Shown: positions 26,113-35,771 of the stretch, piece after piece | Numbering within the stretch: the stretch's first letter is position 1 | Layout of the letters: every line of letters starts with the position of its first letter | NCBI GenBank assembly: GCA_045129415.1 | Contig: JBGVJM010000050.1 | Coordinates: 1 to 43,502, forward strand | Direction of reading: 5' to 3' | Length of the DNA stretch: 43,502 bases | Origin: Eubacteriales bacterium | GTDB lineage: Bacteria > Bacillota > Clostridia > Oscillospirales > CAG-272 | Translations under genes and position numbers: made by a program | Notes under the pieces: model-generated | Told to the model about the DNA's origin: nothing | Seen by the model: only the letters and a program-made list of their open reading frames with translations | The model's database searches: none

Positions 26113-26123
26113 GGAGGCCGAAG

Positions 26124-26384
26124 ATGAGATTTATCAACGTAGGTTACGGAAATTTGATAGCTGCGGATAGAATAATCACGCTCACAAGCCCCGATTCCGC
26201 TCCCATAAAGAGAATGATACAGGACGCAAAGGACGCAGGCCGTGTAATAGACGTCAGCTGCGGACGAAAGACGAGAGCCGTTATCATTACCGACTCGGAT
26301 CACATAATACTGTCCGCGCTTCAGGCGGAAACCATCGCGAACAGACTCGTTGAAGGCGGAGCCGACGACGGGGAAGAAGAATAA
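26124..26384 (+). CDS. remA: RemA/YlzA (DUF370) extracellular-matrix regulator family protein
   Basis: [72 protein letters not shown] lies 6 nt upstream. Confidence 0.9.
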   Translation: MRFINVGYGNLIAADRIITLTSPDSAPIKRMIQDAKDAGRVIDVSCGRKTRAVIITDSDHIILSALQAETIANRLVEGGADDGEEE

Positions 26385-26426
26385 TCAACCAAAAGGAAAA
26401 TAACGCATAAGCGTAGGAGGAATAAT

Positions 26427-26792
26427 ATGCTTTATCCAACAATAGGAGAACTTACCAAGGGTGAATTCAACAGATACGAGCTTTCGCTTGCAACCGCAAG
26501 ATGCGCGCGCATCGTTACCGACGAGTATGTAAAGCAGCGCGAGGAAGCCGAAAAGGCGCAGACGGGCAATAAGGAAACCGACAAGCCCATCAACACCTTG
26601 ATAAGCAAGGAGCTTCGTGATGAAAAGGCTGTTAAGACGGCTATAAGACGCATCCACGATGGCGAGTACGAGATAGTGAGACGTCCCGAGGGCTATGTTC
26701 GTCCCAGCGAGAACGTTGAGGAGGACAAGACTGAGGAGCCTATCGACTTCAAGAAAATGTTCGCCGAGGACGACAAGGACGAGGAAAACTGA
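26427..26792 (+). CDS. rpoZ: DNA-directed RNA polymerase subunit omega (extended acidic C-terminus)
   Basis: MLYPTIGELTKGEFNRYELSLATARCARIV is typical of Firmicutes omega. It also sits at the expected syntenic position. Confidence 0.85.
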   Translation: MLYPTIGELTKGEFNRYELSLATARCARIVTDEYVKQREEAEKAQTGNKETDKPINTLISKELRDEKAVKTAIRRIHDGEYEIVRRPEGYVRPSENVEEDKTEEPIDFKKMFAEDDKDEEN

Positions 26793-26898
26793 TAAATAAT
26801 ATTGCTGCGGCGCGGTCCATTTATGATGGGCGGCGCCTATGCGGTTTTATGGCAACGAATTATCAACAATAATGCTTTTATGTAAGGAGGTGCGGCAG

Positions 26899-29403
26899 AT
26901 GAGCGCAGGCGCGGACCAAAAATTTGAATATGCAGCGGTTTATCTGCTGGACAATCCGTATTGCATTGACGTCGAATACGATTATTTTATACCGATCGCG
27001 CTTCGTGATGAGGTGTGTGTGGGATGCTTTGTAACCGTGCCCTTCGGCAGGGGAAACCGCAAGCAGATAGCCGTGGTATCAAGGCTTCATCATTGCCCCG
27101 ATTACGGCGACGTAAAGCCCATTGAAGGCGTGCTTTCGGACAGAGCGCCGCTTGACGTCGAAATATTGGAGCTTTGTGCCTATATGAAGGAGCAATATCT
27201 TTGCACCGTGGGCGAGGCGGTCAGATGTGCCGTGCCCGCATCCGTGCTTGGCAAGCTTTCCGAGTTTTATACGGCGACCGACAAGGCATTGCCCTCGGGC
27301 GGCTCAAGCTTAAGCCCGGCGGACCTTTTCGTGTACGATTTCATAGCGGCGGCAAAGCGCACCTCGGGCGCGGTAAAGGCAAAATTCGGGGAAGGGTCCG
27401 AGAGCTCACTTAAAAAGCTTTGCGACAAGGGATATATAAAGAAAAACGTTGTCGCGAGCGCTTCGGTTCAGGCGGCAGTTGAAAGGTATTATTCGCTTGC
27501 GATCACACGCGATGAGTGTCAACGCATAATTGACGGAGCGCACACCGTAAAGCTGCGCTCACAAAAGCACAAGGCGATACTCGGAGAGCTGATGAACTCG
27601 GACTCGGCGGTCTTTTCGGATGATCTTTGTCTCAAGGCTGAGGCGACCACAACGCAAATAAAGGCACTCGTGGAGAAGGGACTTGTAAGCGAGGAGCAAC
27701 GCCGCGTGTGGCGTGATCCGTATAAGCTTGACGACGGCATCGTTGTGCCTAAATACAAGCTCAATGATGAGCAACAAAACGCGTCGGACAATATAAAGGA
27801 GCTGCTTTGCCGAGGCGAGCCCGCAGCCGCGCTACTGTTCGGAGTAACGGGAAGCGGAAAAACGGGTGTAATAATAAGTGCCATAGACGAGGCTTTGGCC
27901 GGGGGCCGCGGAGTTATAATGCTGCTTCCCGAGATAGCGCTGACGCCCAGAACGATACAAATATTCTCCGCGCTTTACAAGGATACCATCGCGGTGGTGC
28001 ATTCGGGACTTTCCGCGGGAGAACGCGCGGATTCTTATGCAAGAATAAGATCGGGAGCGGCGAGAGTGGTTATAGGAACGCGCTCGGCAGTCTTTTCTCC
28101 CGTTCAGGATCTCGGACTTATAGTTATAGACGAGGAGCATGAATCCACGTACAAGTCGGATACCTCGCCAAAATATCATGCAAGAGATATAGCGCGATTC
28201 AGATGCGCGAAAAACAATGCTGTTTTGTTGCTTTCTTCGGCGACTCCGTCGCTTGAAAGCTATACAAAGGCGAAAGAGGGCAAATACAAGCTGTTAAAGC
28301 TTACCGAGCGCTTCGGACAAGCCACCTTGCCCGAGGTAAAAATATACGACATGCGCCGAGAGGCGGCAAGCTTTGGAAATTTGTCGCCACTTGGAACGAT
28401 GCTCAAGGAGGAGCTTCGCGAGGTTACGGGAAGGGGCGAGCAGGCGGTGCTCTTCCTCAACAGACGCGGATATAACACCAGCGTGGGATGTAAGAGCTGC
28501 GGAGAGACGGTCACGTGTCCCAACTGCTCTATATCGTTGAATTTCCACACGCGCCGCGGCTCGTTTACCGACGGCTTCTTGTTCTGCCACCAGTGCGGAC
28601 ACAAGGAGGCGGTACCGCGCGTATGTGCGTCCTGCGGCTCGGAGCATCTTGTAAAAACGGGCTTCGGAACGCAAAGAATAGAGCAGGAGCTTATGGAGCT
28701 TTTGCCCGACAAGAAAATTCTTCGCATGGATGCCGACAGCACCGCGGAAAAGAACTCGACGAGCGAGATACTTGACAAGTTCAGGCGCGGAGAGGGCGAC
28801 GTGCTTTTGGGAACACAAATGGTAACCAAGGGACACGATTTTCCGAGCGTTACGCTGGTTGGAGTGTTGCTTGCCGATATGTCCATATATATGGACGATT
28901 ATCACGCTAACGAGCGCACCTTTTCAATGCTTACGCAGGTCATAGGAAGAGCCGGACGTGCCGAAAAGAAGGGAGTTGCCGTTATTCAGACGGCTAACCC
29001 CGATAACGACACCATAAGGCTGGCTTGTAAGCAGGATTATGAGTCGTTTTACGAGTCAGAGATAAAATTGCGCCGTCTTTTGGTGTTTCCGCCATATTGT
29101 GATATTGCGCTGATAAACGTGATCTGCGCCGAGGAAAATGTTGCGCTGATGAGCGCGGCGGCGGTACGCGAGGGACTTAATAAGCTGCTCGGAACCGAGT
29201 TTACCGATACGCCGATGGTGGTGTTCGGGCCCTTTGAAGCACCCGTTTACAAGGTCGAGGGCAAATATAGAATGAGAATAGTGGTAAAATGCAAGCTCAA
29301 CAAGAGAAGTAGAGAGCTGTTTTCGAGATTGCTTACCGATTTCGGTCAGAACAACAGAAGCAGAAGCGCTATTTCGATAAACTTCAATCCTACGGGACTG
29401 TAA
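26899..29403 (+). CDS. priA: Primosomal replication-restart helicase PriA
   Basis: GVTGSGKT (Walker A), DEEH, the Cys-rich zinc insert CKSCGETVTCPNCSISLNFH...CHQCGH...CASCGS, and GTQMVTKGHDFP. ATG 26899 is preceded by AAGGAGG. Confidence 0.95.
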   Translation: MSAGADQKFEYAAVYLLDNPYCIDVEYDYFIPIALRDEVCVGCFVTVPFGRGNRKQIAVVSRLHHCPDYGDVKPIEGVLSDRAPLDVEILELCAYMKEQYLCTVGEAVRCAVPASVLGKLSEFYTATDKALPSGGSSLSPADLFVYDFIAAAKRTSGAVKAKFGEGSESSLKKLCDKGYIKKNVVASASVQAAVERYYSLAITRDECQRIIDGAHTVKLRSQKHKAILGELMNSDSAVFSDDLCLKAEATTTQIKALVEKGLVSEEQRRVWRDPYKLDDGIVVPKYKLNDEQQNASDNIKELLCRGEPAAALLFGVTGSGKTGVIISAIDEALAGGRGVIMLLPEIALTPRTIQIFSALYKDTIAVVHSGLSAGERADSYARIRSGAARVVIGTRSAVFSPVQDLGLIVIDEEHESTYKSDTSPKYHARDIARFRCAKNNAVLLLSSATPSLESYTKAKEGKYKLLKLTERFGQATLPEVKIYDMRREAASFGNLSPLGTMLKEELREVTGRGEQAVLFLNRRGYNTSVGCKSCGETVTCPNCSISLNFHTRRGSFTDGFLFCHQCGHKEAVPRVCASCGSEHLVKTGFGTQRIEQELMELLPDKKILRMDADSTAEKNSTSEILDKFRRGEGDVLLGTQMVTKGHDFPSVTLVGVLLADMSIYMDDYHANERTFSMLTQVIGRAGRAEKKGVAVIQTANPDNDTIRLACKQDYESFYESEIKLRRLLVFPPYCDIALINVICAEENVALMSAAAVREGLNKLLGTEFTDTPMVVFGPFEAPVYKVEGKYRMRIVVKCKLNKRSRELFSRLLTDFGQNNRSRSAISINFNPTGL

Positions 29404-29428
29404 TTTACCAAAAAGAAAGGAAACTGCA

Positions 29429-29908
29429 ATGGCAAAGCTTAATATAGTAAAGATCGGGGACGAAACGCTTCGCAAAACGTGCCGTCCCGTTGACAAAATA
29501 ACACCCAGAACACATCAGCTTCTTGACGACATGATAGAGACGATGAGAGATGCCAACGGTGTTGGTCTTGCCGCGCCTCAGGTCGGAATTTTGCGCAGGA
29601 TAGTTGTCATAGAGGTTGAGGAGGGGCAAGTTATCGAGCTTATAAATCCCGAAATAATTTCGCGTTCGGGCACTAATGAGGGGCTTGAGGGCTGTCTTTC
29701 GCTCCCCGGTCAGTGGGGCATAGTTACAAGACCTATGAAGGTAAGGGTGCGCGCGCTCAACCGTCACGGAGAGACCGTGGAATACGAGGGCGAGGACCTT
29801 TTGGCGCGTTGCTTCTGCCACGAGCTTGACCACCTTGATGGCAAGCTTTACCCCGACGTTGCCGACAGAATGCTTACAAAGGACGAGATAGAGGAGCTCA
29901 TGGATTGA
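29429..29908 (+). CDS. def: Peptide deformylase
   Basis: GVGLAAPQVG, EGCLSLPG and HELDHLDG motifs. Confidence 0.95.
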   Translation: MAKLNIVKIGDETLRKTCRPVDKITPRTHQLLDDMIETMRDANGVGLAAPQVGILRRIVVIEVEEGQVIELINPEIISRSGTNEGLEGCLSLPGQWGIVTRPMKVRVRALNRHGETVEYEGEDLLARCFCHELDHLDGKLYPDVADRMLTKDEIEELMD

Positions 29909-29909
29909 T

Positions 29910-30845
29910 ATGAAGGTTTTATTTATGGGAACACCCGATTTCGCCGTTCCCACGCTCAAGGCGTTGGTTGATAGCGGATACGATATCGTGGGAGTTTTAT
30001 CGCAGCCCGACAAGCCGCGCGGCAGAGGACATCACCTTATGCCCACGCCCGTCAAGGCTTATGCTGAGTCTCAGGGACTTTGTGTCTATCAGCCCGCAAC
30101 GCTTCGTGACGAGGCATTCGCATCGCTTTTATCCGACCTTGACCCCGAGGTCATAGTCGTTGTTGCATACGGTAAAATATTGCCCGTATCGGTGATTGAA
30201 TATCCCAAATACGGCTGCGTGAACGTACACGGCTCGTTGCTCCCCGAATACAGAGGAGCCGCGCCCATGCAAAGAGCCATAATTGAGGGTAAGCAAAAGA
30301 CGGGAATTACGACCATGCTCATGGCGGCGGGACTTGATACGGGCGACATGCTGCTCAAGGCAGAGGTTGAGATCGGCGAGGACGATAATTTTGAGGATAT
30401 ACACGATAGGCTTGCGTCGGTCGGCGCGGAGCTGCTCGTAAAAACGCTTGGCGGACTTGAACGCGGAGAAATAACTCCCGAGGTGCAGGACCACAGCCTT
30501 GCGACCTATGCCGCAAAGATAGAAAAGAGCGATTGCGAGCTCGATTTTTCACGCTCGGCAAAGGAGCTGCACGATGTGATAAGAGGTCTTTCGCCCATTC
30601 CGTTGTGCTTCACGCACACACCCGACGGAAAGCTTTTAAAGGTGGTAAAGAGCCGCGTTTTTGACCTTGACGGAGACCATACGGTGCCTGCCGGCACGGT
30701 TATCTACGTCGGCGAGGACATAAAGGTTGCTTGCGGCAAGGGTACGCTTTCACTTTTGACAGTCGTGCCCGAGGGCAAGGGAAAAATGAGCGCGGCGGAC
30801 TTCGTCCGCGGAAGAAAGATCGGCTGTGGCGATATTTTGAAATAA
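29910..30845 (+). CDS. fmt: Methionyl-tRNA formyltransferase
   Basis: MKVLFMGTPDFAVP, NVHGSLLPEYRGAAPMQRAI. The start is 1 nt after the def stop. Confidence 0.95.
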   Translation: MKVLFMGTPDFAVPTLKALVDSGYDIVGVLSQPDKPRGRGHHLMPTPVKAYAESQGLCVYQPATLRDEAFASLLSDLDPEVIVVVAYGKILPVSVIEYPKYGCVNVHGSLLPEYRGAAPMQRAIIEGKQKTGITTMLMAAGLDTGDMLLKAEVEIGEDDNFEDIHDRLASVGAELLVKTLGGLERGEITPEVQDHSLATYAAKIEKSDCELDFSRSAKELHDVIRGLSPIPLCFTHTPDGKLLKVVKSRVFDLDGDHTVPAGTVIYVGEDIKVACGKGTLSLLTVVPEGKGKMSAADFVRGRKIGCGDILK

Positions 30846-30886
30846 AAATCGGATTTTAAGAGAAAATAAGATAGGAGGACGGCTTT

Positions 30887-32209
30887 ATGGGCGCAAGAGA
30901 ATTGGCATACAAAATACTCAAGGATGCCAAAAACGATGCTACGTATTCAAATATTGCAATAGACAACGCGCTTCGTCGCTATGAGCTGTCCGAGGCGGAC
31001 AGAGGATTGCTTACCGTGATCGTTATGGGCGTTACCGAGAGAAGAATAACGCTTGATTACGTAATAGACCGTCTTGCCAAAGATCCCCAAGCGATAGACT
31101 CCGACACGCGCACTCTATTGCGAATCGGAGCTTATCAAATGCTGTTTTTGGACAAGGTGCCCGATTTTGCCGCGATAAACGAAACGGTCGAGATGGCACC
31201 AAGGCGCAGTCGCGGCTTTGTAAACGCGATATTGCGCTCGTTGCAAAGAGCGAGAAAGGGAAAAGGACTTGAAGCCCTGCTTCCTTCAAGAGAGGACGGA
31301 GAGGAGAAATACCTGTCCGTCAAATATTCGATGCCTCAGGCACTGTGCAAAAGATTCACCGAAATATACGGAGTTGAGCGCACCGAGAGGATATTTGAGA
31401 TATTTAACGGCGCGCCTATGCTCATCTTGCGCGTAAACACGCTTAAAATAAGCCGCCGGCAGTATGCGGGCTTGCTTGATGAGCGCGGAATAGCGTATAG
31501 GCTTTCGGAAAATCTTGAAAACGCGATATTGCTGCCGCCCGTAAGCTTTTCGGCATTACCGGGATTTGAAGAGGGATATTTCTTTGTTCAGGACGAGGCA
31601 TCGCAGACCTCTGTTGAAGCACTCGGTGCCCGTGCGGGGGAACGCGTTATAGATTGCTGCGCATGCCCAGGCTCAAAATCCTTCGGTGCGGCGATAAATA
31701 TGCAAAACGAAGGCGAGATATATAGCTTTGACCTTCACAAGAGCAAGCTGTCACTCATAGAAAAGAGCGCCGAGAGGCTTGGCATAAGCATTATCAGTGT
31801 TGCCGAGCGAGACGGACGAAAGCCCGACGAGGCTTTGATCGGCAGTGCCGACCGCGTGCTTTGCGACGTGCCCTGTTCGGGACTTGGCGTGATGGCAAAA
31901 AAGCCCGAGATAAGATACAAGGATTTGGCGGATTTTGTAAGACTCCCCGAAATTCAGTACGATATACTTGAGGGCGGCGCAAAATACGTCAAGGAGGGTG
32001 GTGTGCTGGTCTATTCCACCTGCACGGTGCTTCCCGAGGAAAACGAGCGTAACGTTGAAAAATTTCTCTCGGCACATCCCGAGTTCACACGTGAGGAATT
32101 TTCGGTCGGTGCGAGAAAAAGCACTGACGGAATGCTGTCGCTAGCGCCCGATACCGACGGAACGGACGGATTTTTTATAGCAAAAATGAGACGCGTAGCG
32201 TCAAAATAA
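30887..32209 (+). CDS. rsmB: 16S rRNA (cytosine967-C5)-methyltransferase
   Basis: An N-terminal NusB-like domain, FFVQDEASQ, DCCACPGSKS, DVPCSGLGV and YSTCT motifs. Confidence 0.9.
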   Translation: MGARELAYKILKDAKNDATYSNIAIDNALRRYELSEADRGLLTVIVMGVTERRITLDYVIDRLAKDPQAIDSDTRTLLRIGAYQMLFLDKVPDFAAINETVEMAPRRSRGFVNAILRSLQRARKGKGLEALLPSREDGEEKYLSVKYSMPQALCKRFTEIYGVERTERIFEIFNGAPMLILRVNTLKISRRQYAGLLDERGIAYRLSENLENAILLPPVSFSALPGFEEGYFFVQDEASQTSVEALGARAGERVIDCCACPGSKSFGAAINMQNEGEIYSFDLHKSKLSLIEKSAERLGISIISVAERDGRKPDEALIGSADRVLCDVPCSGLGVMAKKPEIRYKDLADFVRLPEIQYDILEGGAKYVKEGGVLVYSTCTVLPEENERNVEKFLSAHPEFTREEFSVGARKSTDGMLSLAPDTDGTDGFFIAKMRRVASK

Positions 32210-32222
32210 AGAAAGAAAATAT

Positions 32223-33281
32223 ATGGAAAACATTTTATCATACACTCCCGAGGAGCTAAAGGAGCTCATGGCGGAGCTTGGCGAGCCGAGCTATCGTGCA
32301 CAGCAAATATTTACCCAGCTTCATAAGGGAATAACGCTTTGCGAGATGACCAACGTTGGCAAGGTGACAAAGCAAAAGCTTGAAGGCAGGCTTGATTGCT
32401 CTTTGCCGCGTGTCAAGCGCAAGCTTGTGTCAAAAATTGACGGCACAGTTAAATATTTATTTGAGCTTAGTGACGGCAACTGCATAGAGTCGGTTGTAAT
32501 GGAATACAAGCACGGGCATACTATTTGTGTGTCGTCGCAGGTGGGATGCAGAATGGGATGTAAATTCTGCGCGTCCACGCTTGCGGGCAGGGTTCGCGAT
32601 CTTTGTGCGGGAGAGATTTTGGGACAAGTCATCGCGGCACAGCGAGACCTTGGCGTTCGCATCTCCAATATAGTTATGATGGGTATCGGCGAGCCGCTTG
32701 ATAATTACGATAACACAGTCAAATTTCTACACCTCGTCAATCGCGAGGACGGAATAAACATAGGCTATAGACACATTTCGGTGTCCACCTGCGGCATTGT
32801 GCCGAGGATATACGACCTTGCCAAGCTCGATATGCCCATAACACTATCTATCTCCTTGCACTCCTCGCGTGACGAGGACAGAAGCGAGATAATGCCCGTA
32901 AATCGCCGCTGGGGAGTCTCGGAGCTTCTTGCGGCGTGCAAGAGCTATTACGCAAGCACGGGACGAAGAATTTCCTTTGAATATACGCTTATTTCGGGCA
33001 AAAACGATTCTATCGGCGGCGCGGAGCATCTTGCCACAACGCTCAACAGGGCGTTGCGCACCGAGAGGGATACAATGCCTATACACGTCAACCTTATTCC
33101 CGTAAACGAGGTTGAGGAAAGCGGATTTAAGCCCACCGATATGGCGGCGGTAAGAGCCTTTGCGGCAACACTTGAAAAGCGCGGCATCAGAGCAACGGTG
33201 CGCCGTACTCTCGGCTCGGACATAAACGCGTCCTGCGGTCAGCTTCGTCGCGAGGACTCAAAAGAGGAGAGCGACGAGTGA
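32223..33281 (+). CDS. rlmN: 23S rRNA/tRNA (adenine-C2)-methyltransferase, radical SAM
   Basis: YRAQQIF, the CxxxCxxC cluster in GCRMGCKFCAS, GIGEPLDN and the C-terminal CGQL. Confidence 0.95.
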   Translation: MENILSYTPEELKELMAELGEPSYRAQQIFTQLHKGITLCEMTNVGKVTKQKLEGRLDCSLPRVKRKLVSKIDGTVKYLFELSDGNCIESVVMEYKHGHTICVSSQVGCRMGCKFCASTLAGRVRDLCAGEILGQVIAAQRDLGVRISNIVMMGIGEPLDNYDNTVKFLHLVNREDGINIGYRHISVSTCGIVPRIYDLAKLDMPITLSISLHSSRDEDRSEIMPVNRRWGVSELLAACKSYYASTGRRISFEYTLISGKNDSIGGAEHLATTLNRALRTERDTMPIHVNLIPVNEVEESGFKPTDMAAVRAFAATLEKRGIRATVRRTLGSDINASCGQLRREDSKEESDE

Positions 33282-33323
33282 TTGACGCCTGCAAGCACTA
33301 CATAAAAAACTTGAGGTGCTTGC

Positions 33324-34142
33324 GTGAAAAGAAAAGATAAAAAACAAAACAAATCAATAAAAAGACTTGCCATAGTAGCATTGTGCGGCGTAACGCTTGC
33401 GGCGGCACTGGGATTTTGTGTGTTGACGTATTATTTCGCGCCGCGAAGGACGGATACGCAAACGGTTACTGTTCCGCGCCTTATCGGTAAGCTATGGAGC
33501 GACGTCAACGAAGGCGACGGATTCGAAATCATTCCCGAATACGAGTATTCGGACGAGTTGGCACGGGGTAAGATCGCCGCGCAGTCGCCCCCGCCGAACA
33601 GTATCAGAAGGGTCAAAAGCGGCTCAAGGCTTGAAATAAAGGTCACGGTAAGTCTTGGCAAAAAGACAAACAAAATACCCAAGACCACAGGCATGCCGTA
33701 CGTACAGGCGGCGATAAGCCTGCGCGAGATAGGTGCGGACGTTGTCGTAATGCCGATTTTTGATACGGAAGAAAAGGCGGGAACGGTAATTTCAACAGAG
33801 CCGCCCGAGAATGCGGAGATACGTGACGGCGACCGCGTGGTAATGTACGTCGCAAAAGGCAGGGTAAAGGCGTCCGTGAGGGTGCCAAGCCTTGTTGGAA
33901 TGAGTGTGGACGAGGCGTGCATTGAGCTTCTCGGCGTGGGACTCAAGCTTGGAGAAATAAAGGACGAAAGCGGAAACGCCGCACAGTCCGGAAAAATAAC
34001 GGCTCAAAGCTTACGAGAGGGAATTTACGTTAAGAACGGGACACGCATAGATCTTGTCGTTGGCGGCGATGACGGGGAGCAAACGGAAAATAACGGTGAC
34101 CGTGAAGGCGATAAGCCTTGGTGGCACTTTGGACTTTGGTAA
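33324..34142 (+). CDS. Single-pass membrane protein with three PASTA repeats and no kinase domain
   Basis: The GTG start lies 7 nt after GAGG. A 13-aa basic cytoplasmic tail and a TM (LAIVALCGVTLAAALGFCVLTYYF) are followed by three repeats beginning VTVPRLIGK, KIPKTTGMPY and VRVPSLVGMS. The gene occupies the prkC slot between rlmN and rsgA. Confidence 0.75.
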   Translation: MKRKDKKQNKSIKRLAIVALCGVTLAAALGFCVLTYYFAPRRTDTQTVTVPRLIGKLWSDVNEGDGFEIIPEYEYSDELARGKIAAQSPPPNSIRRVKSGSRLEIKVTVSLGKKTNKIPKTTGMPYVQAAISLREIGADVVVMPIFDTEEKAGTVISTEPPENAEIRDGDRVVMYVAKGRVKASVRVPSLVGMSVDEACIELLGVGLKLGEIKDESGNAAQSGKITAQSLREGIYVKNGTRIDLVVGGDDGEQTENNGDREGDKPWWHFGLW

Positions 34143-34152
34143 ACGGAGAGAT

Positions 34153-35073
34153 ATGGACTTGAAGAAAAACGGAAGGATAATGCAAAGCGTAGGCGGACTG
34201 TACACCGTGCGCACGGTTGAGTGCGGCGAGGTACGTGACGTTTATTGTCGCGCAAGGGGCGCGTTCAGACATCAGAATATGCAGCCCTTGGTAGGTGACT
34301 ACGTTACGGTGGACACGTCCATGGGCGAGGGTAACGCGGTGATTGATGCCATAGAGCCAAGAAAAAATTGGCTCATAAGACCGCCCGTTGCCAATATAGA
34401 TTGCGTTTTTGTGGCAATGGCTTCGGCGCATCCCGCGCCAATGCCCGATATGACGGACAAGCTGACGGCTATCCTTGATCACAACGACATAGAGCCTATA
34501 ATCGTAATTGAGAAGTGCGAGCTTGATCGCGAGCGCGCGGCAGAGCTCAAGGAGATATACGAAAGGGTAGGCTACAAGGTGTTCGTGCTTTCCTGCGTTA
34601 CGGGAGAAGGAATTGACGAGATAAGAGCATTTGTGAACGACTATCTTGTGGGTAAGACCGCGGCAATGGCGGGAGCATCGGGCGTTGGAAAATCAACGCT
34701 TATGAATGCTTTGTTCCCAACGCTCAAGCTTGATATGGGCGAGGTCAGCCGCAAGACCGAAAGGGGAAGACACACCACAAGGGCGGTAACGCTCTATTCC
34801 ATAGAAAACGGAATAACCTTTGCCGATACACCCGGCTTTTCCATGCTGGATTTCGAGCGCTTTGACTTTTTCTCACTTGAGGAGCTGCCTATGGCTTTCC
34901 CCGAGATAAATGAGCGCATAGGACAGTGCCGATACACCAAGTGTACGCACACCAAGGAGCAGGGCTGTGCTGTAACCTCGGCAGTGCAAAGCGGCGAAAT
35001 ACCCAAAAGCCGACACGATAGCTACGTGTCGCTTTACGATATACTTAAAACCAAGCACAAGTGGGACAAATGA
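34153..35073 (+). CDS. rsgA: Ribosome small-subunit-dependent GTPase A
   Basis: An OB-fold N-terminus, a circularly permuted GTPase (NKCEL-like IEKCEL, GASGVGKSTLMNAL, DTPGF) and the zinc knuckle CRYTKCTHTKEQGCAV. ATG 34153 was chosen over 34054. Confidence 0.9.
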   Translation: MDLKKNGRIMQSVGGLYTVRTVECGEVRDVYCRARGAFRHQNMQPLVGDYVTVDTSMGEGNAVIDAIEPRKNWLIRPPVANIDCVFVAMASAHPAPMPDMTDKLTAILDHNDIEPIIVIEKCELDRERAAELKEIYERVGYKVFVLSCVTGEGIDEIRAFVNDYLVGKTAAMAGASGVGKSTLMNALFPTLKLDMGEVSRKTERGRHTTRAVTLYSIENGITFADTPGFSMLDFERFDFFSLEELPMAFPEINERIGQCRYTKCTHTKEQGCAVTSAVQSGEIPKSRHDSYVSLYDILKTKHKWDK

Positions 35074-35089
35074 CCACAGGAGAGAGAAT

Positions 35090-35713
35090 ATGAGAGCATT
35101 CGTATTTTGCGGCGGTGAGATATACGCCGATAAGATAACGGAAAAGCCCGAGGCACAGGACTTGGTGATATGTGCGGACGGCGGATATGAAAATGCAAAG
35201 AAAATGGGCGCACATATAAACGTTCTTGTGGGCGATTTTGATTCACTAGGAAATGTTCCCGGAGACGTTGACGAGATAGTCCGCGTGCCCGCAAAAAAGA
35301 ACGAGACGGACGCACAGCTTGCCGTAAATACCGCTATATCGCGCGGCGCGGACGACATAGTCGTCATAGCCAGCACGGACGGTAGATTTGACCACACGCT
35401 ATCGCTCGTTTGCATACTTGAGGACTTATGGGACAAAAAAATACCCGCGCACATAGTCAACGGTCACAATCGCGTGCGCTTTTTGCGCGATAGCGGAGTG
35501 ATACTCGTGCGCGAGGGATATAAATATTTTTCGGTTATAGCTCTTGATAAAAGAGTAAAAAGGGTTACGGTGCAGGGTGGAGAATATCCCTTGGTTAAAA
35601 AGGATATATTGCGCGGCCTCCAATATGCCGTTTCCAACGAGATAGAAAAGAATTGCGCGCTTATCGAGGTGGGGCGCGGCTCGGTGCTTATCATTGAGTC
35701 GAGAGATAAATGA
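35090..35713 (+). CDS. thiN: Thiamine diphosphokinase
   Basis: CADGG, VGDFDS, KNETD and GRFDHTL motifs. Confidence 0.85.
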   Translation: MRAFVFCGGEIYADKITEKPEAQDLVICADGGYENAKKMGAHINVLVGDFDSLGNVPGDVDEIVRVPAKKNETDAQLAVNTAISRGADDIVVIASTDGRFDHTLSLVCILEDLWDKKIPAHIVNGHNRVRFLRDSGVILVREGYKYFSVIALDKRVKRVTVQGGEYPLVKKDILRGLQYAVSNEIEKNCALIEVGRGSVLIIESRDK

Positions 35714-35771
35714 CATTGTTTTGAGGATGGGCATATAATAAAAGTGAATTCTTTATTTGGAGGTCACTTTT

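Noticed and set aside
26793-26898. A GC-rich imperfect inverted repeat (GGCGCGGTCCA...TGGGCGGCGCC) between rpoZ and priA, considered as a terminator or regulatory RNA.
   Set aside because: The stem has two mismatches and no T-run. rpoZ-priA co-transcription is expected from synteny.
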